DNA from: an uncultured Clostridium sp.
GTDB taxonomy: Bacteria > Bacillota > Clostridia > TANB77 > CAG-508
Direction of reading: 5' to 3'
DNA length: 64,000 nt
Assembly (NCBI GenBank): GCA_948468045.1
Contig: CAOKGO010000001.1
Coordinates: 15,215 to 79,214, forward strand
Both the position numbers and the translations under genes were made by a program. Under the pieces are notes generated by a model that saw nothing but the letters and a program-made list of their open reading frames with translations, was not told the origin of the DNA and made no database searches. Below, one piece after another: positions 1 through 10,945 of this stretch. The stretch's first letter is position 1. Each line of letters opens with the position of its first letter.

Positions 1-1
1 G

Positions 2-706
2 CAATTAATTGGAGGTATTGCACACAACTTAAAAACACCTATAATGTCAATTTCAGGTGCAGCTGAGGGGTTAACTGACCTAATAAAAGAATATGACAAT
101 TCAATTGAAGACCCAGAAGTAAATAGTAACGACCACCATGACATTGCAAAAGATATGGAAACATGGGTATCAAAAATAAAAACCCATACAGAATATATGT
201 CAGATGTTATTACTGCTGTTAAAGGGCAAGCTGTTACCCTAAATAATGAAGAAGCAATGACCTTTACAATAGAAGAACTTTTAAAAAGAGTTAATATCCT
301 AATGCGTCACGAACTAAAAAATGCCATCGTTTACTTAAACACATCTATGAAAACAGATGAAAGTACAACAATACATGGTGATGTTAATAGTTTAGTACAA
401 GTTATAAATAACATGATTTCAAACTCTATCCAATCTTATAATGGAAAACCAGAACAAAACATAGATTTAATTGTTGAAAAAGAAGAAAACAATATAATTA
501 TATCTATTAAAGATTATGGAGCTGGTATGCCTAAAAATGTAAAAAACAAATTATTTAAAGAAATGATTACTACAAAAGGTAAAAATGGTACTGGGCTTGG
601 TTTATATATGTCCTACTCTACTATTCGTGCTCACTTTAATGGAAACATCACAGTAGACTCTGAAGAAGGACTAGGCACAACATTCCATATATATTTACCA
701 TTATAA
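2..706 (+). CDS. Sensor histidine kinase, C-terminal part (5' end lies upstream of the window)
   Basis: Frame of ORF 44..706 stays open back to nt 2 and reads QLIGGIAHNLKTPI (H-box). The C-terminus has HATPase_c boxes (KDYGAGMP, GKNGTGLGLY). Confidence 0.85.
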   Translation, partial: QLIGGIAHNLKTPIMSISGAAEGLTDLIKEYDNSIEDPEVNSNDHHDIAKDMETWVSKIKTHTEYMSDVITAVKGQAVTLNNEEAMTFTIEELLKRVNILMRHELKNAIVYLNTSMKTDESTTIHGDVNSLVQVINNMISNSIQSYNGKPEQNIDLIVEKEENNIIISIKDYGAGMPKNVKNKLFKEMITTKGKNGTGLGLYMSYSTIRAHFNGNITVDSEEGLGTTFHIYLPL

Positions 707-799
707 CGTCCCTATTTTATATTTTTTATTAAAACTCTTGCTTTTTGTTGTTTTTATTAATATAATGTAGGAAATTGTATAAAATATGAGGTTGTTAAA

Positions 800-1861
800 A
801 TGAGAAAAGGATTACAAAATTTAGAAAATAATGAAAATAGAAATTACAAAATCATTGCAGTAGATGATGAAGAAGGAATTATCGATTCTTTGTCTATCTT
901 TTTAAAAAGGTCTGGATATGAATTTACAGGTGTTACTGACCCAATGGAAGCAGTTGAAAGAGTGAAATCAGAACATTTTGATTTAATGATTTTGGACTTT
1001 ATTATGACTCCTATTCATGGTGATCAAGTTGTTGAGGAAATTAGAAAATTTAATAAAGAGCTATATATATTGTTGCTTACAGGTCACAAAGATTTAGCCC
1101 CACCTCTTGATACAATTAGAAGACTTGATATTCAAGGCTATTGTGAAAAAAGTGATAAGTTTGACCAATTGTTATTGCTAATTGAATCTGGTATTAAGTC
1201 AATTGCTCAAATGAATGAAATTAAGAAAATTAATGAGCAACTAAAAAATACTAATGATATGTTAGAAAAAGCTTATTTAGAAAGTATTCAAACTCTTCGC
1301 TATACTGTTGAGGCAAAAGATACATACACAAGAGGTCATTCTGATAGGGTTTCTCAATTTTCTGTTTTAATTGGTAAACATTTGAATTTATCTGAGGCAG
1401 AATTAAAAAACCTAGAAATAGGTGGTTTGTTCCACGATATTGGAAAAATTGGTGTTCCTGATAGTATCTTGTTAAAAGAAAGTAAGCTAACAGATGATGA
1501 ATATTCTGAAATTAAAAATCACCCATCTATTGGAGCTCATATATTGTCAACTGCAACTATTTTTAAAGATATTCTTTCAATTGTGAAACATCATCATGAA
1601 CGTTTTGATGGTCATGGATACCCTGGTCAATTAAAAGGTAATGATATTCCATTTTTGGCTAGAATTGCAGCTATTGCAGATAGTTTTGATGCTATGACTT
1701 CTCGTAGAACTTATCGTGATTCTTTGCCTTTAGATGTTGTTATTTCTGAGTTTGAAAAGTGCAAAGGTACTCAATTTGACCCAGAAATAGCTGATGCTTT
1801 CTTGGATATTTTGAGAAATAATTTTGATGAGATAAAAGCAATTCAAGAAAAGTTTGCTTAA
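800..1861 (+). CDS. Response regulator with receiver domain fused to an HD-GYP domain (c-di-GMP phosphodiesterase type)
   Basis: N-terminal REC-like IIAVDDEEGI...DLMILDF. C-terminal HDIGKIGVPD and HHERFDGHGYPG motifs. Confidence 0.85.
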   Translation: MRKGLQNLENNENRNYKIIAVDDEEGIIDSLSIFLKRSGYEFTGVTDPMEAVERVKSEHFDLMILDFIMTPIHGDQVVEEIRKFNKELYILLLTGHKDLAPPLDTIRRLDIQGYCEKSDKFDQLLLLIESGIKSIAQMNEIKKINEQLKNTNDMLEKAYLESIQTLRYTVEAKDTYTRGHSDRVSQFSVLIGKHLNLSEAELKNLEIGGLFHDIGKIGVPDSILLKESKLTDDEYSEIKNHPSIGAHILSTATIFKDILSIVKHHHERFDGHGYPGQLKGNDIPFLARIAAIADSFDAMTSRRTYRDSLPLDVVISEFEKCKGTQFDPEIADAFLDILRNNFDEIKAIQEKFA

Positions 1862-1862
1862 A

Positions 1863-1898
1863 AATGAGACAGTAGGGACAGGTCCTATTTGTCTCATT
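1863..1898. terminator. Hairpin of the GGGAC-core family (stem AATGAGACA/TGTCTCATT, core GGGACAGGTC), A-run before and T-run after
   Basis: Inverted repeat read directly; lies immediately after the stop of the HD-GYP gene. Confidence 0.65.
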
Positions 1899-2047
1899 TT
1901 TTTAATTTATTGATACTGTGTTTTATATATTAGAGAACCCTCTTTATGGAGCTAGGTATAAAACTCGGATTCCATAAGAGGGTTTAATGACATTACTTAG
2001 ATATGGTTATAATAGTTTTCATAATATATTTCATTTTTAACAAAAAA

Positions 2048-2077
2048 ATAGGATTTTAGGGCATCCCTAAATCCTAT
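2048..2077. terminator. Palindromic hairpin ATAGGATTT..AAATCCTAT with GGGCATCCC centre
   Basis: Perfect inverted repeat flanked by A-run and T-run, between convergent genes. Confidence 0.55.
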
Positions 2078-2086
2078 TTTTATTTT

Positions 2087-2116
2087 GAGACAACCAAGAC
2101 CTGTCCCTACTGTCTC
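2087..2116 (-). terminator. GGGAC-core hairpin (GAGACA/TGTCTC, core CCTGTCCC on plus strand) overlapping the tex stop codon
   Basis: Inverted repeat. The tex stop TGA is the first 3 nt of TGAGACA on the minus strand. Confidence 0.5.
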
Positions 2117-4298
2117 AGACTTTCATTGAAAGTCCAACTTTTTGTCTTTCTTGGTCTATTTTTATTACCTTAACTTTTACAACATCACCTACTGAAACAA
2201 TATCAGACGGATTTTTGATGAATTTGTCACTCATTTCAGAAATATGTACTAGACCATCATGTTTTACCCCAATATCTACAAATGCTCCAAAGTCAATTAC
2301 ATTTCTAACAGTTCCACTTAGTACCATTCCTTCTCTTAAGTCCTCTAATTTTAGAACATCACTACGAAGTATTGGTTTTGGCATATCCTCACGAGGGTCT
2401 CTACCTGGTTTTGCTAATTCTGCTATTATATCTGATAATGTCATTTCACCTACTTCTAAGTCTTTTGCCATTTCTCCAGTGTTTACAGTTTTTAATTTAG
2501 TTCTTAATTCTTCTAATTTTTCTTTATCTTTTAGGTCTTTTATATCAAAACCTAATTTTTCTAGTAATTTTTCTGCTTTTTCATAACTTTCTGGGTGAAC
2601 TGCTGTAATTTCTAATGGGTTATCTCCATCTAATATCCTTAAGAAACCTGCACATTGTTCAAATGCAACCTTACCAAGCTTTGGAACCTTTAATAATTGT
2701 TTTCTATTTTTTAGTTTTCCGTTTTCATCTCTATATTTTACAATATTTTTAGCTATTGTATTGTTAATTCCTGAAACATATGATAATAAAGATGGTGTAG
2801 CTGTGTTTACATCAACACCCACTTTATTAACACTGTCTTCTACTACTCCTGTAAGGCTTTCTGCTAATCTTTTTTGATTTACATCATGTTGATATTGACC
2901 TACTCCAATGGCTTTGGGGTCAATTTTTACTAGTTCTGCTAATGGGTCTTGAAGTCTTCTTGCAATAGAAATTGCACCTCTAATAGATACATTTATGTCT
3001 GGATATTCTTCTGTTGCAAGCTTTGATGCTGAATAAACAGAAGCTCCTGCTTCACTAACAATTACATAGTGTACATCTCTTGATGTTTCTTTTATCATGT
3101 CTGATACAAACATTTCAGATTCCCTTGATGCTGTTCCATTTCCTATTGCTATCATATCTACTTCGTCTTTTTCTATTAATTTTAAAAGTTCTTTTTTTGC
3201 ACCCTCTACATCATTTTGAGGTTCTGTTGGGTATACAGTTGTATAATCTAATACTTTACCTGTTTCATCAATAATTGCTATTTTACAACCAGTTCTGTAA
3301 GCTGGGTCAAACCCCATAACAGTTTTTCCCTTAATTGGTGCTCCTAGCAATAATTGTTTTGAATTTTGTCCAAATACTTTAATTGCCTTTTCTTCTGCTT
3401 TTTCGGTCAAATCACTTCTAATTTCTCTTTCAATAGATGGCTCAATTAGCCTTTTAAAGCTGTCTTGTATAGTTTCTTTTAACATTTGTGTAAATTGAGT
3501 CTCTCCTTTTATTACGTCTCTTTCAATATATGAAAGTATTTTATCCTCTGGCTTTTCTAGCTTAACCTTTAAAAATTCCTCTTTTTCTCCTCTATTAATT
3601 GCCAAAATTCTATGACTTGGGATATATTTAATTGCTTCTATATATTCATAATACATCTCATAATTTGATTTTTCTTCTGGTTTTGCTGCTTTAGTTGCAA
3701 TTTGCCCTTCACGGTAGCATTGTCTTTTAATTTCTTTTCTGTATCTTGGTTCATCTGAAATATCTTCTGCTATTATGTCTAATGCTCCTTGAATTGCATC
3801 TTCTGCACTTGCTACAACTTTATCTTTGTTTTTCTTATCCTCTTCTGATAAAGTTTCAATATTAACATATTCCTTAGCAATTTCTTCAATAGGTTTAGTT
3901 TCCTTTTGTTCTCTTATAATTTGTGCTAATGGCTCTAAACCTTTAGCTTTAGCAACTGTTGCTCTAGTCTTTTTCTTTTGTTTATAAGGTCTATATATAT
4001 CTTCAACCTCTGCTAATGTTTTCGCAATTGCAACAGCTTGCAAAATCTCATCTGTTAGCTTTCCTTGCTCATCTATTGATTTGATTACCTCTTCTTTTCT
4101 TTGTTCTAGGTTTCTTAAATAGTTTAGTCTGTCTCCTAAATCCCTTAAAATTTCGTCTGATAACCCTCCTGTAACTTCTTTACGGTATCTCGCAATAAAT
4201 GGAATTGTATTTCCCTCATCAATTAATTTTATAGTATTTTCTACTTGTGATGGCTTAATATTTAATTCCTCTGCTATTAGTTTGATTATTTTTTCCAT
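2115..4298 (-). CDS. tex: Tex-like transcription accessory protein with C-terminal S1 RNA-binding domain
   Basis: 727 aa. N-terminal IAEELNIKPSQVENTIKLIDEGNTIPFIARYRKE and C-terminal S1 (GTVRNVIDFGAFVDIGVKHDGLVHISE). Confidence 0.9.
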   Translation of the reverse strand: MEKIIKLIAEELNIKPSQVENTIKLIDEGNTIPFIARYRKEVTGGLSDEILRDLGDRLNYLRNLEQRKEEVIKSIDEQGKLTDEILQAVAIAKTLAEVEDIYRPYKQKKKTRATVAKAKGLEPLAQIIREQKETKPIEEIAKEYVNIETLSEEDKKNKDKVVASAEDAIQGALDIIAEDISDEPRYRKEIKRQCYREGQIATKAAKPEEKSNYEMYYEYIEAIKYIPSHRILAINRGEKEEFLKVKLEKPEDKILSYIERDVIKGETQFTQMLKETIQDSFKRLIEPSIEREIRSDLTEKAEEKAIKVFGQNSKQLLLGAPIKGKTVMGFDPAYRTGCKIAIIDETGKVLDYTTVYPTEPQNDVEGAKKELLKLIEKDEVDMIAIGNGTASRESEMFVSDMIKETSRDVHYVIVSEAGASVYSASKLATEEYPDINVSIRGAISIARRLQDPLAELVKIDPKAIGVGQYQHDVNQKRLAESLTGVVEDSVNKVGVDVNTATPSLLSYVSGINNTIAKNIVKYRDENGKLKNRKQLLKVPKLGKVAFEQCAGFLRILDGDNPLEITAVHPESYEKAEKLLEKLGFDIKDLKDKEKLEELRTKLKTVNTGEMAKDLEVGEMTLSDIIAELAKPGRDPREDMPKPILRSDVLKLEDLREGMVLSGTVRNVIDFGAFVDIGVKHDGLVHISEMSDKFIKNPSDIVSVGDVVKVKVIKIDQERQKVGLSMKV

Positions 4299-4313
4299 TG
4301 TTTTCTTCCTTTC

Positions 4314-4790
4314 CTAATATTCCAACGAATCATCATTCTTAATCCAATTTTCTACCTGTTCTACTCTATATTCAGTTTTTGTATCTCTCATAATCACTTC
4401 TTTTATGCCACTATTAATTAACATTCGTTTGCAAAATGTACATGGCTCATTATCTGTTACATATTCATTATTTCTTTGATTTATACCAACTAAATATAAT
4501 GTAGCACCTATCATGTCTTTTCTAGCTGCACTTAGCATGGCATTTTGTTCACTATGAACTGACCTGCATTTGTCATATCCCTTGCCACTTGGCATATCAC
4601 TTTTTTTCCTTTGACAAACTCCTAAATCTAAGCAGTTCTTTCTTCCTCTTGGAGCTCCAGAATATCCTGTTGAAATAATTTCATCATTTTTGACAATTAT
4701 ACTTCCATAGTTATTTCTTAAGCAAGTTCCTCTTTCTGCCACTGTCTGTGCAATATTTAAATAATAATTAATTTTATCTACTCTATCCAT
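4314..4790 (-). CDS. dCMP/cytidine deaminase family protein (ComEB type)
   Basis: Zinc-binding deaminase motifs HSEQNA and PCTFC. Confidence 0.75.
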   Translation of the reverse strand: MDRVDKINYYLNIAQTVAERGTCLRNNYGSIIVKNDEIISTGYSGAPRGRKNCLDLGVCQRKKSDMPSGKGYDKCRSVHSEQNAMLSAARKDMIGATLYLVGINQRNNEYVTDNEPCTFCKRMLINSGIKEVIMRDTKTEYRVEQVENWIKNDDSLEY

Positions 4791-4807
4791 ATTAGCAATT
4801 CTCCTTT

Positions 4808-4839
4808 TGAGACAAGAGGGACAGGTCTCATTTGTCTCA
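4808..4839. terminator. GGGAC-core hairpin (TGAGACA/TGTCTCA, core GGGACAGGTC)
   Basis: Inverted repeat seen directly in the intergenic gap. Confidence 0.55.
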
Positions 4840-4911
4840 TTGTTTACAACTTTATTATAACTACATTTATTGTCCTCTAATCAGAAATTATGACATTTTT
4901 CTTCAATATAT

Positions 4912-4945
4912 ATGAAACAAATTAGACCTGTCCCTCTTGTCTCAT
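4912..4945 (-). terminator. GGGAC-core hairpin (ATGAAACA/TGTCTCAT, core CCTGTCCC) overlapping the stop of the ABC-F gene
   Basis: Inverted repeat with one mismatch. Confidence 0.5.
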
Positions 4946-6534
4946 TCTATACCTAAGTATTGGTTGTATGTAACTTCTTTGTCTATTACTTGCCCATTTT
5001 CTTTGATGTCAATTATTCTGTTTGCTACTGTTTGGGTTAATTCATGGTCATGTGATGTAAATAAAATGTTTCCGATAAATTTCTTCATTCCTTCGTTTAT
5101 GGCTGTTATACTTTCCATGTCTAGGTGGTTTGTTGGTTCGTCAAATGTTAAGAAATTTGCACCAGATAGCATCATTTTTGATAAGACACATCTTACCTTT
5201 TCTCCTCCTGATAGGACTTTTACTTCTTTTAATGCTTCGTCCCCTGAAAATAACATTCTTCCTAAAAAGCTTCTTACATAAGTTTCGTCTGGGTCTTTTG
5301 AGTATTTTCTAAGCCATTCTGTTACATTTTCTTCTGTTTCGAATAGATAGTTGTTGTCTTTTGGGAAGTAGTTTTGTGTAATTGTTGTTCCCCATACTAA
5401 TTCTCCACTATCTGCTTCTATCTCTCCATTAATTATTTGAAATAGTACTGTTTTTGCTATTTCATTGTCTGCTAGAAATGCTATTTTGTCTCCTTGTTTT
5501 ACATCAAATGATATGTTATCAAGTATTTTTACTCCCTCTAATGTTTTTGTAATGTTTTTTACTTGTAATATTTCTTTTCCTGGTTCTCTGTCTGGCTTAA
5601 AGTCTATATATGGATATTTTCTGTTTGATGGTTTGATTTCATCTAATTCTATTTTTTCTAGTGTTTTCTTTCTTGATGTTGCTTGTTTTGATTTTGAAGC
5701 ATTTGCACTAAATCTTGCAATAAAGTCTTGTAGTTCTTTGATTTTTTCTTCTTTCTTTTTGTTTTGTTCTCTTGCTTGTTTTAATGCAAGTTGGCTAGAT
5801 TCATACCAAAAGTCATAGTTTCCTGGATAAACTTTAATTTTTCCAAAGTCTACATCTGCTATGTGTGTACATACTTTATTTAAGAAGTATCTATCATGTG
5901 ATACAACTATAACTGTGTTTTCAAAGTCCATTAAAAAGTCTTGCAACCAATTGATACTTTTTAAGTCTAAATCGTTTGTAGGCTCGTCTAATAGTAATAC
6001 ATCTGGGTTTCCAAATAGACTTTGTGCTAACAACACTTTTACTTTGTCTTTTGCTTCTATTTCTTTCATTAATTTATAGTGGTTTTCTGGCACAATTCCT
6101 AAGTCATTTAATAATATGGCTGCATCTGATTCTGCATTCCAACCATCTAATTCTGCAAACCTTTCTTCTAATTTTGCAGCTTTCATACCATCTTCTTCAG
6201 AAAAGTCTAGCTTTGCATAAATTTCATCTTTTTCTTTCATGATGTCATATAGTTCTTTGTTTCCCATTATAACTGTATCCATAACAGTAAATTCTTCAAA
6301 AGCAAAGTGGTCTTGTTTTAATATTGATAGTCTTTCTCCTTTATCTAAGCTGACATCTCCTTTGCTTGGCTCTATTTCTCCTGATAGAACTTTTAAAAAT
6401 GTTGATTTTCCTGCTCCATTTGCTCCAATTATTCCATAACAGTTTCCTTTTCCAAATTTGATATTTACATCTTCAAATAATATTCTTTTTCCAAATCTTA
6501 CAGTTACGCCATTTGTATTTAGCATTTTTTTCAT
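4942..6534 (-). CDS. ABC-F family ATPase (two ABC cassettes, no membrane domain)
   Basis: 530 aa with two Walker A sites (GANGAGKST and a second cassette), LSGGEKVR signature and a charged linker QAREQNKKKEEKIKELQ. Confidence 0.85.
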   Translation of the reverse strand: MKKMLNTNGVTVRFGKRILFEDVNIKFGKGNCYGIIGANGAGKSTFLKVLSGEIEPSKGDVSLDKGERLSILKQDHFAFEEFTVMDTVIMGNKELYDIMKEKDEIYAKLDFSEEDGMKAAKLEERFAELDGWNAESDAAILLNDLGIVPENHYKLMKEIEAKDKVKVLLAQSLFGNPDVLLLDEPTNDLDLKSINWLQDFLMDFENTVIVVSHDRYFLNKVCTHIADVDFGKIKVYPGNYDFWYESSQLALKQAREQNKKKEEKIKELQDFIARFSANASKSKQATSRKKTLEKIELDEIKPSNRKYPYIDFKPDREPGKEILQVKNITKTLEGVKILDNISFDVKQGDKIAFLADNEIAKTVLFQIINGEIEADSGELVWGTTITQNYFPKDNNYLFETEENVTEWLRKYSKDPDETYVRSFLGRMLFSGDEALKEVKVLSGGEKVRCVLSKMMLSGANFLTFDEPTNHLDMESITAINEGMKKFIGNILFTSHDHELTQTVANRIIDIKENGQVIDKEVTYNQYLGIE

Positions 6535-6737
6535 TCCTTGTTAATATATTTAGGTTTTTATGGCTTTACCTATAAACCTTGGTTATTATATAATATTTTC
6601 CTCTATTTTTCAAGCTTTTTACAAATTCAAGTTTCAACTTTTGTAATCCCATTGACAATTTATTATTCATATATATCATAAATTTTGCTTGCTTTTATTT
6701 TTATGATATTTTATAATTTATTAGAGGTGTTTAAGTA

Positions 6738-8049
6738 ATGAGAAGAAATCAAAGGGGTTATAGAAAAAACAAAAAATCAATTCGTGACATACAAGACAAA
6801 AAATTCATTAAAAACTTGTCTATTGCCATTCTTTTACTTGTGATTTTATTAGTATTTATATCAGTTGTTTATGCAATATGCCAAGTAGTTGAACACAATA
6901 AATTTTTAAATTCTGTAAATGAGGAATTAGAGCAAGCTAAATCAGAAATTTCTGATGTTCAAGAAGAACCCAAAAAAGAAGAAAAAACCGATATTAGTTT
7001 CACTCTAACTGCTATTGGTGATATAATGTGCCATAATACACAATATATGGATGCATTTAATTCTGAAACTAATGAATATGATTTTTCTTATGTATTTAAA
7101 GATATTAGCAATTACACAAAACTTCGGAGATATTGCAATTGGAAGTTTAGAAACTAGTTTTGCTGGAAGTGCTAAAGGATATAGTAATTATCCTACTTTT
7201 AATTCTCCAGATAGCTTGGCTTATGATTTAAAGAAAATTGGTATAGATGTTTTGTCTACTGCTGGTAATCATTGCCTAGACATGGGGTTTTCTGGGCTTT
7301 CTAGAACAATTGATGTTTTAAATGATGCTGATATTTCTCATTTAGGTACTTATAAATCTCAAGAAGATAGAGATACTATTTTAGTTAAAAATGTTAAAGG
7401 TGCAAATATTGCTTTTATAAATTATACATATGGAACTAATGGCATTCCAATTCCTAGTGGTCAAGAGTTTTGTGTGAATTTAATTGATAAAGAATTAATA
7501 AAAAGTGATATTGCAAAAGCTAAAGAACAAAATGTTGATTTAATTGTTGCTTGTATGCACTGGGGAACTGAATATCGCACAACTGCTAACCAAGAACAAG
7601 AAGAGCTTGCAGATTTTTTATTCCAAAATGGAGTTGATATTATTTTAGGAAATCACCCTCATGTGCTAGAACCAATGGAAAAAAGAACTATCACTTTAGA
7701 AGATGGTACAACAAAAGATGTATTTGTTATTTATGCTTTAGGAAATTTTATTTGTGACCAAAATGCTGAAAATTCTAGAAATTCTATCATCTTAAATTTG
7801 AAGATGACAAAACATATTGATAATAAAATTACTATTGATAAGGTTGATTATGTGCCTATTTATATGTATAAAGATAATTCTTCAGGTGTGCAAAAAATGA
7901 GATTATTAGATATTCAAAAAAATATTGATAATTATGAAATAGATATAAATAATGGTGTAAAACCTGCTATTTCTCAATCACTTTATAATAACTTAAAAAC
8001 ACAATTAGAAAAAATCAGAAAAATAGTTGAACCAATGGAAAATATTTAA
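6738..8049 (+). CDS. CapA-family (metallophosphatase-like) membrane-anchored protein; one reading frame only if C7125 of an in-frame CGG is skipped
   Basis: ORFs 6738..7157 and 7051..8049 overlap. AAA CTT [C]GGA GAT gives ..NYTKL-G-DIAIGSLETSFAG.., continuing into GNHCLD, MHWGTEY and GNHPH motifs. Confidence 0.8.
7125..7127 (+). other. In-frame CGG at +1 frame-change site (CapA-like gene)
   Basis: (7125-6738) is divisible by 3. GGA at 7126 is in frame with ORF 7051..8049. Confidence 0.85.
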
Positions 8050-8166
8050 TATAGTATAATTTTAACTTTTCTTGTTGGCTTTCTGTAAATTTGTTTGTGT
8101 GCTAAATAAAAATTAGTATCTAAAAAGGAGCGATTAGTAATATTCTCAATTGCTCCTTTTTAAATA

Positions 8167-9126
8167 TTAACTTAGCATATCTTTTCTTTTTAGCCACCAT
8201 GTAACTAATAATGTTAGTGTAACTGATATTAGTACCATCATTACAAAACCATAAGGGCTATGTTCAAATGGCAAACCTACATTCATTCCCCAAAAACTTG
8301 ATACCATTGTTGGTATTGCAAGTACTATTGTTATTGAGGTTAAAAATTTCATCACTCCATTTAGGTTGTTTGAAATTATTGAAGCATATGCATCCATTGT
8401 TCCTGTTAATATGTTACTATATATTTGTGCCATTTCAATAGCTTGTCTGTTTTCTATTATGGCATCTTCTAGTATTTCTTCGTCGTCTTCATATAGTTTT
8501 ACTATTTTTCCTCTCATGGTTTTTTCCATGACTAATTCATTTGATTTTAGAGAAGTTGTAAAGTATACTAAACCTTTTTCTAAGCTTAGCAATTTTAAAA
8601 GTTCTTTATTTTTCATTGAATTTTTTAGTATATATTCCGCTATTTCTGTTTCTTTGTTTATTTGTTTTAGATAACTTAAATAATATGAAGAGTTTAGGTA
8701 TAAAATTTGAAATATAAATCTTGTTTTTTTGTATGTTTGCAAATTTTTTATTTTTTTCTTTTCAAAATCTTCTATTATTTTATTTTTCTTTAATGATACT
8801 GTTACAAAAAAGTCGTCTCTTACAACTATCATTCCTAATGGCATTGTTGTGTAAATGTCGTTTTCTTCGCTTTTTTCAATAATTGGTACATCTACTATAA
8901 AAAGAGTTGTGTTGTCATCTTCTTCTTGATCTATTCTGGCTTTTTCTTCGTCATCTAAGGCGTCACGTATAAAGTCCTCTTGAATTCCTATGTTTTCACA
9001 AACCTTTTTTATTTCGCTTTCCGACGGATTTACTAAATTAATCCATGCTCCTTTTTTGAATTCTTTAATTTCTTCAATTTTGTTTGTTTCTATATTAGTA
9101 TTATATATTTTTAGCAAATCCATCAC
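8167..9126 (-). CDS. corA: CorA-family magnesium/cobalt transporter
   Basis: C-terminal two TM segments with the GMN motif (SFWGMNVGLPF). Confidence 0.85.
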   Translation of the reverse strand: MMDLLKIYNTNIETNKIEEIKEFKKGAWINLVNPSESEIKKVCENIGIQEDFIRDALDDEEKARIDQEEDDNTTLFIVDVPIIEKSEENDIYTTMPLGMIVVRDDFFVTVSLKKNKIIEDFEKKKIKNLQTYKKTRFIFQILYLNSSYYLSYLKQINKETEIAEYILKNSMKNKELLKLLSLEKGLVYFTTSLKSNELVMEKTMRGKIVKLYEDDEEILEDAIIENRQAIEMAQIYSNILTGTMDAYASIISNNLNGVMKFLTSITIVLAIPTMVSSFWGMNVGLPFEHSPYGFVMMVLISVTLTLLVTWWLKRKDMLS

Positions 9127-9283
9127 CCCTTTTTTCTATTTCAACACTATTATTTTAGCCTTTTTCTTCGATTTTGTCAATATTGCTTTTTTATTAAAAA
9201 AGTGGTATAGTTAATATATTGAAAAGTTAATTTTGCATTTTATTAAATCTTATTAGAGCATTACTGCTCAAAGGAGGTTTTTT

Positions 9284-9922
9284 ATGAAGTTTTTTGACTT
9301 TTTTAAGAATAAAAAAAGTGATTTACCAAAAGTAGAAGTTGAACAGCTACAAAAAAAGGAGTCTGACATTAAATATTCTTATACTAAAAATGGTTTTTTT
9401 ACAATACATTTTTATGATGATGAGATAGATTTTGCTCAATCCTATGATAATACAAAATTAGTTGTAAATACTACTCCTTTAAATTTTGCAAATGAAGATG
9501 TATATGAATGTAATGTTGTATGGTATACTGATAATAGTTGTTCTCCATATTCTAGTGATGAACCTAAAGTGATAGATCAACAATGTGTTTTAATACAATT
9601 TGATTTACCATTATCAAGATTAGATCCTGAATATGCTTATATATTAATGAAAAAAATATTGAATAAAAATAATGTAATTGGACACCTTGAAGATGGATTA
9701 AAAGAAACTCCTGCTACGCCTTGTGGTAATTATGTTGGCGGTATAATAGTAAATGATGCCACAGGAGAATATCAAGAGTATTTTTCAAAAGAAGTAGGAA
9801 AAGCGGTCCATAATTCTCCTAAAATGGTAGAATGTAGGGAAAGATTTAGAAATCAATTTCAAGAAAAAGCTTCCAAATTTAATTACAGTAGTAGTCATCA
9901 AATTGATGCTTTTTCTCGATAA
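9284..9922 (+). CDS. Hypothetical protein
   Basis: 212-aa ORF preceded by AAAGGAGG; no motif recognised. Confidence 0.5.
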   Translation: MKFFDFFKNKKSDLPKVEVEQLQKKESDIKYSYTKNGFFTIHFYDDEIDFAQSYDNTKLVVNTTPLNFANEDVYECNVVWYTDNSCSPYSSDEPKVIDQQCVLIQFDLPLSRLDPEYAYILMKKILNKNNVIGHLEDGLKETPATPCGNYVGGIIVNDATGEYQEYFSKEVGKAVHNSPKMVECRERFRNQFQEKASKFNYSSSHQIDAFSR

Positions 9923-9960
9923 ATCTCTTTGTATTTTATAAGTTACACATTACATGACCC

Positions 9961-10146
9961 CTACTATACACAAATTCAGAGCAAAAGAGGCATGATTAAA
10001 ATTTTATGACCTTTTAAGATTACTCTTCATGCCTCGTCTTTGTTCGCCCGCGAAAATTGCAAAGCAATTTTTTCGTGGAACGCTTGATATTATAGGAAGT
10101 TTAGAGAACTTTCCTATAATATGAAATAAATTTGTGTATAGTAAAG
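9961..10146. repeat. Composite three-hairpin intergenic repeat, copy 1, bounded by 13-bp inverted ends CTATACACAAATT / AATTTGTGTATAG
   Basis: H1 is GAGGCATGA..TCATGCCTC, H2 is GAAAATTGC-AAA-GCAATTTTT, H3 is TATAGGAAGTT..AACTTTCCTATA. The same module order recurs at 32264 and 42432 (twice). Confidence 0.65.
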
Positions 10147-10162
10147 GGCTTTTGCTTTTTGT

Positions 10163-10936
10163 TTAATTATTTTCTATTTTCCTTTTTTGTACCATATATG
10201 TTATTTTACTAATTAGTGGTGTAGGTGTTAATTTTGCACCTATTTTTGCTAGTTTTACATCAATTCCTGGAACAATATAAAATTTTCCTTGTTCCATCTT
10301 TTTTACAGCATATTTTGCAACTTGCATACTATTTGCTTCTCTCATATGGAATTTTACATTTGCAACTTTATTAAAGTTCGTACTAACTGGTCCTGGACAT
10401 AAGATACTAATTTGTACATTTGATTTTTCTTTTTTTAATTCTTCTCTTATACTTTCTGAAATTCTTACAATATATGCTTTTGTTGCATAATAAGTAGACA
10501 TCAGAGGTCCTGGCATAAATCCTGCTATTGAAGCAACATTTAAAATTTTTCCACTACCTTTTGCTTTCATATCGATTAAATATAATTTCATTAAAATGTG
10601 GTAAGCAACTATATTTGTATTTATCATAGAAATTTCTTTGTCTAATGATGTTTTTGTAAAGTTTCCACAATCTCCAAAACCTGCATTATTAACTAAAATG
10701 TCTACATTTTGTACTTTTTTGTGGAGTTCTTTGCAATTTTCTATTTTTGATAAATCCATTGCAATTGTTTCTACTTCAATTTTATTTTTTTCTTTTAATT
10801 CCTTAGCTAATTTTTTTAATTCCTCTTCATTTCTTGCAACTAATACTAAATTATATCCACGTTTTGCAAGTTCCCTTGCTATGTCTTTTCCAATTCCTGA
10901 GGAACTACCTGTAACTAATGCTTTCAAGAAAATCAC
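10163..10936 (-). CDS. Short-chain dehydrogenase/reductase (SDR) family oxidoreductase
   Basis: TGSSSGIG cofactor motif, NNAG, and catalytic YxxxK (YYATKAY). Confidence 0.85.
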   Translation of the reverse strand: MIFLKALVTGSSSGIGKDIARELAKRGYNLVLVARNEEELKKLAKELKEKNKIEVETIAMDLSKIENCKELHKKVQNVDILVNNAGFGDCGNFTKTSLDKEISMINTNIVAYHILMKLYLIDMKAKGSGKILNVASIAGFMPGPLMSTYYATKAYIVRISESIREELKKEKSNVQISILCPGPVSTNFNKVANVKFHMREANSMQVAKYAVKKMEQGKFYIVPGIDVKLAKIGAKLTPTPLISKITYMVQKRKIENN

Positions 10937-10945
10937 CTCTAATAT